Part shown: one piece after another, positions 13,056-26,449 of the stretch | Position numbering within the stretch: the first letter of the stretch is position 1 | Layout: every line of letters begins with the position of its first letter | DNA from: Octopus vulgaris | Lineage: Eukaryota | DNA length: 64,000 bases | Direction: 5' to 3' | Assembly: GCA_951406725.2 (NCBI GenBank) | Contig: OX597836.1 | Span: 31,310,001 to 31,374,000 of the forward strand | Translations under genes and position numbers: made by a program | The notes under the pieces: model-generated | What the model was told of the DNA's origin: nothing | Databases searched by the model: none | The model's input: the letters and a program-made list of their open reading frames with translations, nothing else

Positions 13056-14024
13056 GCAGCAATGTGAAAGCAGCTTGTGTTAAGATGTTAGCAGTTGAAC
13101 ATAACGGCATGAGTTAAGGATGGCATATACACATACACGAGCGCACACACATGTACTCAAACACATACAGTGCCAGTAAAAAGCTATTGAGTAATACAAC
13201 ACAACATTGTGAGTCATACTGCAATGGTAATTAAGAGGATGTTCCGGCTGTTTAGCTTCAGGTCAGTTCTGATTAAACAGAAGTATGATCAAGAGTAAAA
13301 GTATTCCGTATTTGACCACTACATCCTTGTTTTATGTGTATCATCACCATTTGACATCCATTTTCCATGCTGGACAGTTTGACATGAACTGGCAAGCTGT
13401 AGTGATGAACCAAGCTCCAGTTGTCTGTTTTGGCCTGGCTTCTACAGCTGGCTGTCCTTCCTAATGTCGACAACTTTACAGAGTGTACTGGCTGCTTTTT
13501 ACGTGGCACCAGCTCAGGTCCTTCCCACATGACAGCAGCACCAGTGGGGTTGCCAAGTAGCTTGTGAGACAAAGACCTCTTAGTTGAGAGAGGGAGTAGG
13601 ATCACTGGAAGTATAATAGAGGGACAGAGATAGATGTCTTACTATATATGCATATAGTACGCTCTGACTGGCCCCCGTGCCGCTGGCACGTAAAAAGCAC
13701 TATCTGAACATGTTTGATGCCAGGCCTGTCTGACTGGCTCCTGTGCCAGTGGCATGTAAAAAGCACCTACTACACTCTCCGAGTGGTTGGCTTTAGGAAG
13801 GGCATCCGGCTGTAAAAACATTGCCAGATGAGATTGGATCCTGGTGCAGCCGCTGGCTAACCAGACCTCAGTCAAACCACCCAACCCATGCCAGCATGGA
13901 AAACAGACATTAATGATGATGATATACATTTCATATAGAGAACATCAGGAGGTAGGAGATGAATATATTTATTTCACCAGTTGATATCCATAACTTATTT
14001 CAGTGTATAATAAATTATTTTACA

Positions 14025-14391
14025 CTAGCAGTATGACCCGGCAACGCCGCCGGGTCACAGTGCTAGTGCATGCATATACAGTTGCGTGCGTGCGCACATA
14101 CACGCGAGTACTGTCTAAATCTCTGACCAATCACATACAGCTAGCTGGCATTCAATTGGCGTATCAAGTTTCAGGCATTTTGATTGGGTTTTGGAGAGAA
14201 AATTCACAAAAATGTCACTTCTATTGATTTTTTAATGGCTTTGCGGGGTGATTGGGGAAATGTAAAGATGTGCACGACCACCCTTGGATGGTTTTGAATG
14301 ACCATAGAAAGTATGAGCCCTCTAACTGAAAAACTATGGATTTGTATAAAGGACACACACGCAGACATTTTGCCGTTTATATATAGAGAGA
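14025..14391 (-). mobile_element. Non-autonomous Helitron
   Basis: On the minus strand it begins A|TCTCTCTATATATAAA and ends CTAG|T. A GC-rich hairpin (14034-14057) lies a few nt from the end, and there is no TSD. Confidence 0.82.
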
Positions 14392-14708
14392 TGTCTGCAC
14401 TAATGTGTGTTACGAATTGCATAGTACTAATGTCCATTTTACAAATGAATGCAGATCAACAATATATACAAATGCATCATTTATTAAGGATGATGCCATA
14501 ACCATTGTAATAGTGTGTAGTTAGCTGCTGCAGATGTAGCAGTAATTGCATGTCGACTTATACACCAAGACAACTTTGGAGGACCAAGAATTCTATGTGA
14601 AATGCAGCAGGATTCAGAAAGACACTATACACTATTTGAATGTTTACACTATACACAACACTGACATGTATGCCAGAAAACATGGCAGAACTGCTCAGCT
14701 GTAACAGT

Positions 14709-15086
14709 TTTGGATTGTAAGCACTCCATCGGTTATGACGACGAGGGTTCCGGTTGATCCGATCAACGGAACAGCCTGCTCGTGAAATTAACGTGTAAGT
14801 GGCTGAGCACTCCACAGACACGTAGTTCTCAGGGAGATTCAGCGTGACACAGAGAGTGACAAGGTCGGCCCTTTGAAATACAGGTACAACAGAAACAGGA
14901 AGTAAGAGTGAGAGAAAGTTATGGTGAAAGAGTACAACAGGGATCACCACCATCCCTGCCGGAGCCTCGTGGAGCTTTAGGTGTTTTTGCTCAATAAACA
15001 CTCACAACGCCCGGTCTGGGAATTGAGACCGCGATCCTACGACCGCGTGTCCGCTGCCCTAACCACTGGGCCATTGCGCCTCCGCC
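14709..15086 (-). mobile_element. tRNA(Arg)-like SINE family S3
   Basis: Head GGAGGCGCAATGGCCCAGTGGTTAGGGCAGCGGACACGCGGTCG..GGTCTCAATTCCC. TSD GCTGTAACAGT at 14698-14708 and 15087-15097. Related copies at ~32855-33235 (+) and ~1260-1570 (+). Confidence 0.85.
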
Positions 15087-15917
15087 GCTGTAACAGTAAT
15101 AATAAAATAGCTCTACTCTAACCACAAAATTAACTTAGTCCCAACTGAAGATTTTTCCTAAACCGTTCTACAACAAAGAACAACAGTCAATACATTTAAT
15201 GGAATTGAAAGCTGAATATTCGAGTAGGAAGATGTGGGTGGTAAGAATGCTTTTTAAAAAAAAATGCATGTGCATTTAAACATTTTTTATAAATATTGTT
15301 ATTGTTATTTGATGTTTTTTTTTTTTTGCCTTCTCCTTTTTGTAAACTATTTTCTTTTCCATATGCATTATTTTTTATTATTTGAAAATGCATTTTTTCC
15401 CTCCTTATGCTTTGATTATAAAAATCTGAATTTAGGTAAGTGATGGTGGTGGTGGTGGTGGTTGTGTGTTGGTGATGGAGATGCCGAAATTAGCTTAGGT
15501 TTCGCTAGGAGCTCTGTCTAACTAATACTGACATGAAATTAGATGAGAATTTATGAGATTCTACAAGCATAAGGAAGAGATCTCTAAGAAAGTCTCCATT
15601 TGAAAGAATAAATTAAAATATTAAAGAAGCTAATTGGACATGAATAGTATTTAAAAACAAAATAAATAAAACATAAATAGAAGCCAAAACAAACAAATGA
15701 TGCAATTGAACAAAGAAATTCCATTGGAGGCATAAATAGAAATCAATCGCATTAAGCACTGACAATTCTTCTCCCATTGAGCATCTTTTTTTCTTCTTGT
15801 TAACCACTTTTGCATCAAAAGATGCAATTCAATGAAGTAAGGAGAGAACATCCAGGTAGTAGCTGTTCAATCACTAGAAATAGCAGCCAAATCTTCCTGA
15901 AATCACTCCTTGCTATC

Positions 15918-16001
15918 TTTAACTTTAACTGCTGTATTAACTTTAACTTTAACTGCTGTATTAACTTTAACTGCTGTATTTACCTTTAACTGCTGTATTA
16001 A
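15918..16001. repeat. Short tandem repeat (TTTAACTGCTGTATTAAC) x4
   Basis: Read directly. Confidence 0.85.
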
Positions 16002-16321
16002 ATTTCATGGTCATTTTAATTGACATCTCTCAACACAAAAACAGTTTCAAACGTGACATTCCTCAATAACAAAGAGATTGGTATATATAGCTACTTTCCG
16101 CAGTTAAGGGTAATGAAATTTTGAGTGGATGTATCTGATTTTCACTGAAAAAGGGTTAAAATAAAAGTAGGAGACATTAGATAATGTGGTCCTGAATTCA
16201 GTGCATCTGGAAAAAAATCTTAAGTACTGAGGTGGATTTGTTTGACTAAAAATTTTTTCACGGCAGTGCCACAGCATGGCCACAGTCTAATGACTGAAAC
16301 AAATAAAAGATAAAATACCCT

Positions 16322-16353
<32 letters not shown>

Positions 16354-16379
16354 TGACTGCTAAATCCACAATTTTTTAA

Positions 16380-16542
16380 AATTCTCTCTGTGTTTATTTC
16401 CTCGTGTTCCTTTCTGTTGAAGAGCGTAGGCTCAAAACGTAAAAGACTTTCCCACCTTCCCAATTGGCAAACTAATTACACTTGCTTGTTGTTTATACAC
16501 CTGTCTTCATCTTTTGTTTTTTCAGTAAATTTCAACTATATA
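16380..16542 (+). mobile_element. Penelope-like terminal remnant between TA tracts
   Basis: TGAAGAGCGTAGGCTCAAAACGT motif. The tail ACACCTGTCTTC..TTTCAACTATATA is also present at ~3005-3060. Confidence 0.4.
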
Positions 16543-17995
16543 TAAGTGAGACACACACACACACACACACACACAAAAGAAAGAAAAATAAAGAGACTTG
16601 CAAGATGTGAAGATAAAGTTCTGAGATATTTTTCAAAAGACAGGCAAAACAACTTTGCCAGAAGTTTTTAGTTCGAACCATCATACACCCACTTAATCAA
16701 CTTCTGTAAATGGAGACAGCTTCTTACCAACGTAAAGGGAACTGTGACATATATATATAGAAAGTCATATCAGAAACTAAAAATAGATTCAGTAGGAAAC
16801 TTGGAATCATTGACTGAAATGAGACCAGAAACAAGATGAAATGACGAAGCTGTTGAGTTTGGAACAAATATCAAATGTCTGAAATATTGAAAATATTGAA
16901 AAAGAAAAATATAGAATAAAATAATCTAATACTTTTACCATTATTATTATCATCATCATTATTATTATAAAAGACTCATTCTACATTATTTTCCATATTT
17001 TTTTATCAATGTACTAAAAAATAAAAAATAAAACTAGCAAGCTTATTCAACAATGAATTCACTGTTTTCATTAATTATAACAGAAATAAGCTCCAAACTA
17101 TTTTTTTCTCTTTCATAATGCATTATTATGAAGCATATTTTAGTTGTTTTGTGTTGTCGTTTTTAATGAAATCTTATCTGTAGAACATAAACCCAATATC
17201 TGTCAGGAGACATCACATCACACCAGATGCTGAACAGTCATCAATAATCCCTGAATAACCGCATCAATGTTCACTGATTCATGGAGAAATATTGATTTCT
17301 ATTCTCATGTTTGAGGATTGTGTAGCTGATTGCATTGACCCAAGTACTCGACTGGTGCTGAGATGAGCCAACAAGGAGACCTGTAGATGGGCATTCTGCT
17401 TGCTAAAAGTTACAGCCAAACCTCCAGAACAGGATGATCATGGCTGTAATGCATTTGATCATAGGCCTGCTCAATCAGAGCTGACCTTGGGTTAAATAAC
17501 AACAGGTAAATATTTTAATATTCACATAAAAACGAAAGGCAAAATGAACTGTGGTGGAATTGGACTCAGAATGAAAAAGGATAAAACTAAACACCACAAG
17601 GCATTTTTGTTTAGCTGTCTTTTGATTCTGTCACCCATCGTTCAAAGTGAATATTGTAAATGTTTGTAGAAGTGGCTGAATGGATAAGGCAATTAGTACA
17701 CAAGCTCTTAGGTTCAGAGTTCAAATCTCTTACAGGAATTCTATATATTTCTCAAGGAAAAACACTATTCTACTTTGCTCCAGTGTTACTCTTTTGATAC
17801 AAACTTGCCTGAAACTGCTCTTGGTTCTAAGACACAAATTTCCTGTTTTAAAGTGTCTAAATAATCAAACCATCCCTCAAAATTTCGTGTTAATTCAGGT
17901 TTCAAACACCAGCTTAATAACGACAAAGTTACTTTAATAAATTTGCAATAATTTAAAAAATCAACTGCAACAAAAGCAGTGTATTTCAGAGATCT

Positions 17996-18392
17996 TTCTT
18001 TTACTTGTTTCAGTCATGTGACTGTGGCCATGCTGGAGCACCGCCTTTAGTCGAGCAAATCGACCACAGGACTTTTACTTTGTAAGCCTAGTACTTATTC
18101 TATCAGTCTCTTTTGCCGAACCACTAAGTTACAGGGATGCAAACACACCAGCATCAGTTGTCAAGCGATGTTGGGGAGGGGGGACAAACACAGACACACA
18201 AACATATACATACATATATACATATATACGACGGGCTTCTTTCAGTTTCCGTCTACCAAATCCACTCACAAGACTTTGGTCGGCCCGAGGCTATAGTAGA
18301 AGACACTTGCCCAAGGTGCCACGCAGTGGGACTGAACCTGGAACCATGTAGTTGGTAAGTAAGCTACTTACCACACAGCCACTCCTACGCCT
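17996..18392 (-). mobile_element. SINE S2 copy inserted in a TTAA-MITE remnant
   Basis: Reverse complement of 47855-48269. The flanks continue the MITE end (gtatttca...gtaacaaaaagggttaa). Confidence 0.85.
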
Positions 18393-18899
18393 AGTAACAA
18401 AAAGGGTTAAGCTAACAGTTGTTGTTGTTTAGCCCAAGGACAGCCCCGGAGTGAACAGACTTATGATCAGAAGCATACAAGCAATTGCAGTATCTCATAA
18501 AATAGAGCTTTTAGTATTTCAATGTTTGTTTTAGTATGTAATTTGAGGAGATTTGTTTACTATTTCCAACATGTTGTGGGACATTGTAAGACTAAGCTGG
18601 CTCCTTTGTTCTCATGTTCAATCTAGTTATTAGCAATAGGTACCAGATTTCCTGGGAAAGGTCACTCGGATTAGCCGCCATTTAACACATACATATGATC
18701 AGGAAAGGTCAAACACTGGCCTTATTTAACACACCAGAGCATGGGATATATATCCCTAGAGGGTTAAAGAAATTCTTTATTATTTTTCAAGCAGAGGTTG
18801 GTTAGTTGGGTGGTGATCTTTCAAATGTTGTACATTTAATATAGCAAACAAAGGGAAACAAACTAATTGCCATTATGTGCGTATGAGTAGCTTTATGCC

Positions 18900-18940
<41 letters not shown>

Positions 18941-19050
18941 GAAACACTGCCAGATCAGACTGGGCCTGATGCAGCCTTCTGGCTTCACAGACCCCAGTTG
19001 AACCGTCCAACCCATGCTAGTATGGAAAGCGGACGCTAAATGATGATGAT

Positions 19051-19488
19051 ATGGGGTGCAGTGAATAAATTGTTGTCTAAATCACATAAAAATGAAAATA
19101 ACACTAACATCTCATTTTAACCAAAATTACATGAAAATATCTTGAAATATTAAAGAGTAAATTCATTCAATAAAATCGCCAGTGGCTTCAACCACAGTCT
19201 CCAGATGACTTCAGAATCTCCTGCAACTCTTCTGGACAGTCTCCTTGTTTAAGTTGGTGAAGGCTACCATAATCCTTGCCTTCAGTTCATCTTTGTTACA
19301 AGGAGTTTTGTTGGTCTCTCGCTCAACTGTGCAGCATACATAATAATCAAGGGGGTTGCAGTCTGGAGGGTTAGGTGGCCAGATGTTAGGGGTGGTGTGC
19401 TCGTAGAAATTATCTGACAGCCATGACTAGGTTCTCCTGCTTGTGTGGCATGGTGCAGAGTCCTGTTGCCAGACATAAGGTCTTCCAG
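19051..19488 (-). pseudogene. Tc1/mariner DD37D (maT-type) transposase C-terminal relic with TIR remnant
   Basis: 19486-19163 translates GRPYVWQQDSAPCHTSRRT*SWLSDNFYEHTTPNIWPPNPPDCNPLDYYVCCTVERETNK...VVEATGDFIE*. There are 37 residues between the second and third catalytic Asp and two internal stops. Confidence 0.85.
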
Positions 19489-20329
19489 AAGCCAAAGTCG
19501 ACCTCAGCAGTGTTTGAGCTCAGGAAGTAAAGAGCCAACAGAAAGACCACTAAGCATTTTGTCCAGAACACAATAGTAACAGCTCTAACAACAATAATGT
19601 TTTCTAACATGGGCATAGGGCCTCAAATTCTGGGGAGGCAATATTAGTTGATAAATATCAACCCTGGTACTTTTTCGATCAATTCTGAGAATTAAAAGAA
19701 GAAATACTACTGCCAGATATTTCGTCTGATGTTGACAATTCTGTCAATCCAAATGCGTCATTCATAATAATCACTTACATATCACATGCAGAACAGAACC
19801 ATTTAGTTAATTGACAAAACTATCTCCACCACTACCACCATCACCAATCTATAAAAAGCTGTATTTTACAATCCTTATCACTGTACGCCGCCTATGTCAT
19901 ACTGTAGCAATAGACCTTACTCTCCCCATCCACCATCTATTATATTTATTTTATACACATATACACACAAGTATTGTCTTCCTCCAGCATTTTTTCAAGG
20001 TGCCCAACAGCTGACAATGGAAGTCTGCACTCTCCTGCAAACTTCCACTGTCTACTGATGTCAAGTCTAGCTACATTCAATGCTCAATTGCCTTTTCAAG
20101 AAGTATTTCCTGATGGATACTTCCTATATATCCATACAGGCTACTTCAGTAACAGCCAATACCAATGTAGTAGTCTAGTAGTCTAATATATGACAAGTAG
20201 TAATAATGGTAGCACCAAGACATCTCTCATAGCAGACAAACATGAAGTCAACCCGAAAACTCATTATTATCCTACAGTTATCCATCCAACTTCTATGCCT
20301 ACTATTCTAGGGAAGTTTGTTGGAGTAGA

Positions 20330-21130
20330 GTCCTCAGGTATCATCTCCTGGGGGTTCTATCAGAAGCAACGATCATTAGATTTTCCTGTTGGATTCCAAA
20401 GTATGACCAGCTGAATCTATGGATATTATCCAACCATCTTGTTCTAACCTTAGATCTCTTGCTGGTTGGCTTGGCTTGAAGATCTATCTTGTGAGTCTTT
20501 CCTGTGACATTCTAATCACGTCTGTAGTACTGGAGCTGTAAACTCTCAGTGTTTGTTTGCTTGTTCCTTCTCGAGCCATGCCTGGCTCATAAGGGCTGGT
20601 TTCCTTGTTTCCTTGGCGTATAGGTTCCCCAGCTGGACGGGACGCTGGTCCGTCGCAGATGCAGGAGGAAAGTGTGAGAGAAAGTTGTGGCGAAAGAGTC
20701 AGCAGAAGTTTCGCCATTACCTTCTGCCGGAGCTGCATGGAGCTTAAGTGTTTCGCTCATAAACACACACATCGCCTGATCTGAGATTCGAACCCGCGGT
20801 CCCTTGACCGTGAGTCTGCTGCTCTAACCACTAGGCCATGTGCTTCCACAACCTCTCAACGTGGATAAGTAGTGGCCGAACCTGAAGAGAGACTTTGTTC
20901 TGAGCTATGCACCTTGTCAAGTAACAGTACTCCAGAGACCCTTCGAAGGAACCCCATTTCCACTTGTATTTGTAAAAGTGTGCATTTGGCCATTACCCAA
21001 CATGCAGTCATAACAGTAGTATTTTCTTTTGTAGCTTAGTCAAGAGCCAAGGCAGCATTCATAATCATTGAGACTAGAAGGGCAAATGGAAAAAAATTAC
21101 TCTCCAACTAGGTTTGAGTGCTCACATCAG
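20330..21130 (-). mobile_element. Degraded RTE LINE C-terminal fragment, split by a SINE
   Basis: QIQVEMGFLRRVSGVLLLDKVHSS (~20900-20970) and, beyond the SINE, VIRMSQERLTR..VRTRWLDNIH (~20420-20520). Confidence 0.7.
20548..20848 (-). mobile_element. SINE with an S3-type head and a different 3' tail, inserted in an RTE LINE
   Basis: The head and GTGTTTATGAGCGAAACACTTAAGCTCCA segment are shared with S3, but the tail differs (..GAGAAGGAACAAGCAAACAAAC). A related tail occurs at ~9720-9970 (-). Confidence 0.75.
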
Positions 21131-22164
21131 TGTGGATTCTGCTGAAGGATGTCAGGTGATAGATTAAGTCAAACCATCCAAGACTGCATCCTACCCATCA
21201 GGTAAGATTCTAAACACCCTCTATCCAATTTCATTCTCAAGGGGTTCAGATCAACAGATGGCTCTGGTAGAAGACACCTGCTCAAGGAGTCATGCAGTGA
21301 GATCAAATTCAGAACTATGATAGTGAAGCAAAATTCTTAAACCACATAAGCAATGCTCTTTTCTAATATAGATCTTAAACAGTAGTAGCAGCAGCAGTAG
21401 TAGTTGTTCCAGGTCAGCTCTGATCCAGCAAAGCTACATAAAGAGTCTGTCATCTAATATGCAAAGGAAACGGATACTTCTGCAAACAAATAGTTGCCAG
21501 CTATCTCAGGAAAGTTCTAAAACTGACTGATTATAAAGGAAAGTGGGTTAAGGGAAGTTAGTAGAAACACTCTACTACTTTATTGACTGACATTATTTGT
21601 GAGGTAGAGAAGGGTATGAGAGATACTCGACTGCTTGCTCAGAGGTCAGGAGGTTATAGTCAAAACCACTTCATTCTTCACTCCACCTCAGTTCCACCTC
21701 ACCACCAGAAAGAATAAATACCACACCACCTGAGGAATGCTACCTGAGAGAGACTGATGTCCTATCCAGGGTATGACGAGAGAGGTGGCATGAAACTTGG
21801 GCTAAACACAAGCTCTTTAACAAACTGATGATGGACGCTCTGTGAGATCACTCAACCTGTAAGAAATAGCAACTAGATCTCCATAACACCACAACCTACT
21901 GTACTAAAAATGGAAGGAGACGATTAGCTAACGTAGCATTAAATATACTATGTCTGAAGTAAAAGGCATGACAGATATAACTGGAACATCTTTGAACGTA
22001 AGATTTGCTGGACCAGGACTGACATGGAACTGGGCCTCTTAACCACACAGCCATGTCTAGGACAGATAATTTAACTTTAATGCTGATGATGATTCAACTG
22101 CTCTATTTATTTGAGACTATACAGATGCGATATTAGCCAGTGTGTGTGTGTGTGTATGCAAATG

Positions 22165-22201
<37 letters not shown>

Positions 22202-23359
22202 TGTATGCAAATGTACTGTGTGTGTGTGTGTGTGTGAGTCATACGTGAGTCACAATGCAGGTACTACAGATTCATACTTGAGATATAAGTGTCACGGAGA
22301 CACTTCTGAGATTTAACCAAAGTGAAGTAGATAGTTCAGTTAAAGTCAAGATGTGTATGTATAAATACATATACACATAGACAACCCAACACAAGTCTTT
22401 TCCCTAAGTGACCACAGGTCTTAGGTGGTGGTGGTGGTTCGGCGGGTCAGATGCTATAGCAGACCACTTAGAAACAAAGACAGTCTTATCATCATCTCTC
22501 TCTTCCTTGCATTTTCAGTATAAAATGATGTCATTGATGGTTAGTTTAACTGTCTTCTTCCTTCTCTTTGATGTTTAGAAGAGATTCAAAGTAGAAAGAA
22601 AAATCAGTAGATCACTGGTGTAAATAGTTTCAGATATTTAATCATGTCTATGTTCTGAGTTCAAATCTCACTGAGATTAACTTTACCTTTCATTTGATCT
22701 CTCTCTCTCTTTCTCGCTCTGACCGGATAACCATGTATCTCCTCCACAGCAAGACACCTGTTTCTGTCTCTCTGTCACACTCTAACCTTTCATCATCTGA
22801 CACAAGATCACCTCCTCCAATGCCACACATCCACCTTTCAAAGGATCTTTGTATTGCAAGTTACTTGGTGACTCTGCCGATGCCGGTGCCATGTAAAAAG
22901 CATCCAGTCCACACTGTTAAGAGTTTGGTATTTGGAAGAGCATCCAACAGTAAAAAAAAAAAAAAAAAAAGGAAAAAAAACTATGCCAAAACTGACCTCG
23001 CCTGTGCTGGTGCCACGTAAAAAGCACTCAGTCCACTCTGCAGAGTGATGGTGTTAAGAAGGGCATCCAGCTTTAAAAACCATGCCAAAACAGACAGCGA
23101 AGCATGGTGCAGTCTTCTACCTTGCCAGCTCCTGTCAAACCATCCAACCCATGCCAGCATGGAAAGCAGGCATATCATGCTGAGTACTGGGGTTGATTTA
23201 ATCAAATATATTCCATATTTATTTGAGTGGAATTGCAGAATCAGTAGCTTGCTGAACAAAATGTCTTATGGTACTTAACTATGCCCCTTTACATTATGGG
23301 TTCAAACTTTCCTTTTGTCCAGAGGTCAATAAAATAATTACTTGTCAAGTGCTTTTACA

Positions 23360-23805
23360 TACTCTTTTACTCTTTACTCTTTTACTTGTTTCAGTCATTT
23401 GACTGTGGCCATGCTGGAGCACCACCTTTTAGTCGAGCAAATCGACCCCAGGACTTATTCTTTGTAAGCCTAGTACTTATTCTATCAGTCTCTTTTGCTG
23501 AACCGCTAAGTTACAGGGACGTAAACACACCAGCGTTGTCAAGCGAAGTTGGGGGGGGGACAAACACAGACACACAAACATATACACATACATATATATA
23601 TACATACATACATACATACATACATACATACACATATATACGACGGGCTTCTTTCAGTTTTCGTCTACCAAATCCACTCACAAGGCTTTGGTCGGCCCAA
23701 GGCTATAGTATAAGACACTTGCCCAAGCTGCCACGCAGTGGGACTGAACCTGGAACCATGTGGTTCGTAAGCAAGCTTCTTACTACACAGCCACTCCTAC
23801 GCCTA
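23360..23805 (-). mobile_element. SINE S2 copy
   Basis: Full head-to-tail match to S2 with an internal (CATA)n tract. Confidence 0.85.
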
Positions 23806-24357
23806 TTTATTTAATTTATTTATTTTGCATGGTTTAGTTAAAGGAAGATGGGAAGCACCTCTGAGTTTGGTGGCCAGCACTAACAAAAGTCCTCTTCCTT
23901 AAAATACACAACCTTCTGCTTTTATTGAAAAATTTGTGAGAGTGGATAACAGAAGCAGTAAGGTGCCAAACAAAGTACCTGGCAGCGTTTAGTAATGTCT
24001 CCCTTATAGATACCAAGTTCAAAGTAAAATACATTATACTGAAAACAACTCATGATTGTTCAAGTTAAACCCTTTTGGTACCAACCTACTTGAGACTGCC
24101 ACTGGTTCTATGACACAAACTTCATGCTTTTAAGTGATGCAAATTAAAACACGATTAAAACTGATGAAAACGTTTTACTAAATTCTTTATTATCTTTGCA
24201 ATTAATTGCAATACAGGCAGTGCATTTCAGTAGAAATATGGCAACAAAGGGGTTAGTTAATCTTTTATAATCCTTTATCCTTAGTTTGGAACTAATTTTT
24301 CAAAATTCATTAATATTTCAACATGTAGATCTTATTTTTTGATGGATTGAGTTTTAA

Positions 24358-24579
24358 CCCTTTCGTTACTGTATTTATTTTGAGATGCTGTGTGTTTCTT
24401 TCAATTATTTTAGATATAACAAAGAATTTAGTAAAAATAACTTGGTTATCATTAAGCTAATGTTAGGAACATTATTTGTGAATAAGGTTTGGTGGAAGAT
24501 TTTGATTCAAAACTTATGAAAACAAGACATTTGTACTACAGAGCCAGAGCTGGTTTCAGCCAGGTTGGTAACAAAAGGG
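24358..24579. mobile_element. piggyBac-type TTAA MITE family P2
   Basis: TTAA|CCCTTTCGTTAC...GTAACAAAAGGG|TTAA. Other copies at 35164-35384, 38202-38423, ~448-670, ~24070-24253, ~33745-33967 and ~42375-42569. Confidence 0.85.
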
Positions 24580-25332
24580 TTAATGTTCTCCTACCCACTA
24601 TTTTTAGAGTAGATTTATACAAATAAATCTAGGTATGTACAGTCACCTACAAAGCTGATTGAATAAAATTTTGCTTCAGTTAATATAATACGCAATCCTA
24701 TTTCTGCGACATTGTATATTAAATTGGACTCCGCTTTTGATATCAAGTTTCCCTACCATCAGCAAATGTTCTGCAATTCCTAATATTTCTTTAAAGTAGA
24801 AAAATTTAAGTACACATACATGCACGTGTGAGTGTGTAAACAAATAAACTACGCACTTCCAACAAAAGATGTATTAAGCACTCAAGTTTTTGCACCGGAA
24901 AACAAAAACAACTACGTACAAAATACAACTGAATCACATGAAACTTGGCTGTAGATGCACTGAAGCTTTTAAGGTTTTCATTTCTGAACATCAGGAAAAC
25001 AATCGGAATTAGCCTGACATTCTGAAATAAGAAACTTTTTTAAGTAGCACATCGTGAAATCCAGTTGTGAAACATTTCACACATTTACGATGGTAACTGG
25101 CCAATCAACAAATACATCTAAACATGATCATCTTTGTTTAACACCCACTTCCCCGTGCAGGCTTAGATTGGTCAGAATTTTCTGAGTCAATATTTCATGA
25201 TCGGATGCCTTTCCTGTCATTAACCCCTTTTGGTCACCACATATGCCACTTAGTAAACAAATATATCAGCACAAGACAAAACTGGTTTCCATGAACAAAC
25301 CAGAAGCGAATAAACAAGATTTGAATCTATTC

Positions 25333-25730
25333 CAATGGTCCTCAGTTGGGGGTCCACATAATTCTTGTTGGGGGGGGTCCATATAATTCTTGTTGGGGGG
25401 AGGCCCATATAATTCTTGTTGGGGGAGGCCCATATAATTCTTGTTGGGGGGAGATCCATATAATTCTTGTTGGGGGGGGGGGGGTCCATATAATTTTTGT
25501 TGGGGGTCCATATAAGATTTAATTTGTAAACATCTATGCACAAGAAGCTGGTAATACTTCTACAATCTACAAAATATTTTAATTACTTTTATACAATTCC
25601 TAGTAATATTTAATCATAAAAGTATAATAAGGATTTTTTAAAACTTTTAATAGCTATTGAGGGTCAACGTGAGTAAAGTAAGAATCAAACAGGTCCATAG
25701 CTAAAAAAAAAAAGGGGTTGAAAACCAGTG
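25333..25730. mobile_element. hAT-type MITE with an internally amplified ~26-bp repeat
   Basis: Ends CAATGGTCCTCAG / GGTTGAAAACCAGTG and TSD-like ATCTATTC / ATCTATCT. About six units of CCATATAATTCTTGTTGGGGG at 25354-25510. Relatives at ~5914-6221, ~40026-40225 and ~2620-2745. Confidence 0.7.
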
Positions 25731-26449
25731 ATCTATCTGAACAAGATATACAAGAGACAGTCAAGTTATAAAAGCATAAAAATATGGCACAACATCATAG
25801 ATATTCCAATCACCACTATTTGGTGGTTAGTCAACCTAGCAGAGTGAATCAATCAACAAACATTGCTAAAGTAAACATTTAGTGCTGATAATTCAATTAT
25901 TCATCAAAATATACCCAAGCTGAATTGTAAGCTGTATGTAGTTTAGCTGGTCAAGGACAGTTCTCGGCTTAAATATACGCACCAAACAAATATAAATATT
26001 CCCAGGACATGTATGAATATCGGTGACTGGTTAGACTTTTCACAGGAACACATTTCATATCTGAATTATATCTATTTTTTGTTGTCTGTTTGGAGCTTTT
26101 TTTTTTTTTTTTGTATCTTTGATCTTGTTTCAGTCAATAGATTGTGTGGCCACGCTGGGACAGCACCTTGAAGAATTTTAACTGAAATTGACCCCAATAC
26201 TTTTTTTTCTTTTAAGTTCTGGTACCTATTTTATCAGTCTCTTTTGTTGAACTGCTAAGTTATGGGGATGTAAATACACCAACACCAGTTGCCAAGCAGT
26301 GGTGAGGGACATGATAGGCTTCCTTCAGTTTCTGCCTACCAAATCCTCTCACAAGGCTTTGGTTGGGCTGGGATTATAGTATATAAAAAAAAAGAATTTG
26401 CCCAATGTGTCATGCAGTGGGACTGAACCAAGAACCATAACCTCTTATT

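Noticed and set aside
23386-23814. 142-aa ORF and similar ORFs recurring across the window (e.g. GLLSVSVYQIHSQG, IDPERMKGKVDL)
   Set aside because: Antisense translations of S2 and S1 SINEs, repeated in many copies with different breaks.
25250-25543. Repetitive proline-rich ORFs (NKNYMGLPP / QQELYGPPP)
   Set aside because: They translate a G-run tandem repeat inside a hAT MITE, and variable G-run lengths shift the frame.
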